Positions 17,352 to 20,000 of a DNA stretch of 20,000 nt are shown here, piece after piece; within the stretch, counting starts at the first letter, position 1, and each line of letters opens with the position of its first letter. Made by a program: the position numbers and the translations under genes. Source of the stretch: Proteromonas lacertae (taxonomy: Eukaryota). Where the stretch lies: positions 120,137 through 140,136 of the forward strand of contig NGBS01000314.1 of assembly GCA_002245135.1 (NCBI GenBank), read 5' to 3'. Below the pieces are notes generated by a model, which was not told the origin of the DNA, ran no database searches, and worked only from the letters and a program-made list of their open reading frames with translations.

Positions 17352-20000
17352 AAATGATATATTTGAATCACTGCTTAATGCAGTTACATTTGCATCTGAA
17401 TTAACATAATTCTCTCCATCCTCAACTTCTCCTTCTTGATATTGATATTGATCTTCACCATAATTATAATTGTAATTTCCATATACATCTTCATCTGTAT
17501 ATTGTTCTACTTCTTGTTGTTGTTGTTGCATCTCCTCTTCATAATTATCTTCTTCTTCTTCTGATGCTGCTATTACTACAGGTCTTTGTCTTGGTGGTGT
17601 ATATCTTGGTATTCCACTATTTCGCTGTTGTGCTATTAATGGATGTGGTGGAGGTGTTTTCTTAGCTCCAACATATGGTGATGTATGGATTTTCTATTAA
17701 ATAATAATTAATATTAATAATATTATGATTATACAGTATCAGGTATTTCAATATTGGAATGTTTAATTCTTTCTGCTATAAGATCTTGTATTTTTTTTGG
17801 TAAATCAGGTACTAAAGCGTATATTCTTTCCACTACATATTCAAACTCAATATATAATTGAATAGTTATTTCTAATGCTGAATTTCTAATATCTTTATCA
17901 TCACTACCAACCAATTTAATAATATTCTGTAATCCCTTCTTTGGTACAGCAACACTTCCTCTATCTCTCACTAATATATTTATTTCTACTAAACACTCAG
18001 TTACTACCCTTTTATTCTTATTATCTAATTGGTCTATTAAATATGGAACTATTTTTTCTGAATCATATAAACTCCATATTAAATTCATCAAATCATGACC
18101 ACTCTTAACGAATCTAATTTTATTTGAACCAAAGAATTTCTCTAGTATTGTTGGTAAAATGATAGAAACTTCTTTATCAAGGAAATGATAACTATTATAA
18201 TATAAAATATATATAATATATACTCTTTATTATCTAACATGGTAAATAAATTAGTGTAAAAATCAACAATTGTTGCTGTTTGAGTGGTTAAATCTCTTCC
18301 TAATAATTTCAATGTTACATATTTCAATAATAAATCCAATATTGACACTACTTCATCTGGATTAGTTTGAACTGCTTTGATTAATAGTTTTAATGCTTGT
18401 AATACATCTACATCTTTCTTAGAAAACATTAAATCAAATAATTCAGTTGGTAAATATGGTTGGATCAATCTCTTCACATCTCCCATATATTGTTCTTCTC
18501 TTACTGTAGTATTCCATATTGTACGATCTTTATTAATTCTATCATATTTCACTGCATCAGAACATAATATAAAGTATTCATTTGAACCACCATTCTCTAT
18601 ATCCACAAACATATTTGGACGAACTTTAGCTTGTTTATTAGCTGGACCTAATGTCTTTGTAACTGGAGGAGGAATACCTGATGATTGTTTTGTAGATGGC
18701 ATTTCTGTTTTTGCATAAACATTCTTCTTCTTCATTTGCAGTGGAGAACTACCTTTGATTATATCATTCTGAAACATTATTGTTATTGTTGTCATTTATA
18801 TTAGCAGATTCAAATATACTATCTAATCTAGGTTGTACCTGTCTTAATACAGCTGGTTTATAATCTCTAGTAGCATTAATAATTGGATTTCTACCTAAAT
18901 GTTGAACTACAATAATTAAACAACTTTCAGCAACATCTTTACAGCCTTTAAATTATCTTGTATTGATTCAACTAATGGTTCAACTAAACAATCAAATGTA
19001 TTAGTTGTTTATTATTTAGATACTTAATCAACCATGATAAATTTATTCTTATTCCCTTTTATAACATCAGCTACATATGGAATAACACTTTTATTGATGA
19101 TATATCACCATCATGATCTACCCATTTATCTAATGTATCATATAATACAGAGGTTATATTCTTTCTACTATTTGTTGATATACCTAACATATATGGCAAT
19201 ACTGATTTATTGAATTGTGTAATATCTGGACCAACACAAGCTGCTAAATATCCTAATACTTCGACAGCTTTAGATTGAAGATTCTGATTTGGTTCGAATT
19301 TAATTCTGTCTCTTAATGCTAATACTACTTCTTTCACTGGTGTTAATTCAATTTGAAATGTTGATTGCAATAATACACTCAAATCTGACATTGCTTGATT
19401 TCTATTCTTCCAAGCTTCTTTGTTTGAATTATCAGTTAATTTGACTAATAAAGGGCTGTAATTGTTTAGATATATCAACTGCTCTCATAATATCATTATT
19501 ATTACCATTATTATCTTCTTCACCCTCTATTTCTATTGGTGGAACATAATCTACTTTATATTCTGCTTTAGAAAGTGCTGTTTCTATTGTATTAGTTAAT
19601 TGATTGGAGAGATTATAACATGTTAACATTGGTGATAATTGTGGTCCAAGTTGTTCATATAATGATGTTAATACTTTTAATGATTCATTCTTTGCTGATG
19701 AATTAGGAGATTGTAAACACTATTATTATATATATATATATATATACAGTATTAGCAGTAACATAATCCAATATACACTTTATATCCAATTTATTTATAC
19801 CAAATCACTAATTGCTTTTGATAAATATGATAATATAGTAACATGTACTGCCATTGATTTAGTGGGAATAATTAATGGAATTATTAAATCATAGTCCATT
19901 TTGGTGATATCTTTATTGATGATTGGTTGTATATTTCTATTAGAAATGGAGATAATCTTCTTTCACTTATCTTCTCAACTGTATTCTTAATCATGTAATT
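15764..20000 (-). CDS. CKAP5: XMAP215/ch-TOG/CKAP5-family microtubule polymerase, 3' portion (5' end beyond window; several apparent small indels)
   Basis: TOG/HEAT motifs AWKNRNQA, ILDLLLKYVTLKL, RVVTECLVEI, DIRNSAL and LYEQLGP. GT-AG introns at 19720-19747, 18192-18223, 17694-17734 and 15962-15992. The last exon ends with TAG at 15766-15764. Confidence 0.88.
17277..17360 (-). other. Candidate second U12-type AT-AC intron containing a (TA)n tract (17316-17348)
   Basis: Same donor context AAT|ATATCATTT as in the ISY1-like gene, branch-like TTCTTTAAT (17303-17295), and in-frame acceptor TTTAAC|TTT AAG AGA ATG. In-frame GT-AG alternatives exist. Confidence 0.55.

Noticed and set aside
16655..18718. 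Plus-strand ORFs 16655-17044 and 18377-18718
   Set aside because: Antisense shadows of XMAP215.
19778..19800. 23-nt GT-AG intron that would restore the XMAP215 frame
   Set aside because: It would delete GINKLDIK, which matches the ch-TOG EFG...L.VK segment. A 1-nt deletion explains it better.

Overview
AT-rich eukaryotic (protist) genomic DNA with very short spliceosomal introns (26-41 nt, all starting GTAT). This is most compatible with a Blastocystis-like stramenopile, which is an inference. The window has two parts. (1) 1-12.5 kb is an intronless accessory island. It holds three bacterial-type acyltransferase-3/SGNH (OafA/OatA-like) O-acetyltransferase genes and a GT15 (KRE2/MNT1-like) glycosyltransferase. 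It also holds a ~2.7 kb GC-richer interrupted zinc-finger/coiled-coil insert and a family of ~0.6 kb TGT...ACA inverted-repeat elements, one with a perfect 5-bp target-site duplication. These elements share a central TCAAGCC-N4-TCAAGYC motif, and one copy appears to open directly into the acyltransferase array. (2) 12.9-20 kb holds compact intron-containing genes: a hypothetical protein, an ISY1-like protein whose first intron is a minor-spliceosome-type AT-AC intron with a deviant ATATCATTT donor, V-ATPase subunit C, and the 3' part of XMAP215/ch-TOG. The XMAP215 gene has a second candidate ATATCATTT intron and many small indels that are probably assembly errors.
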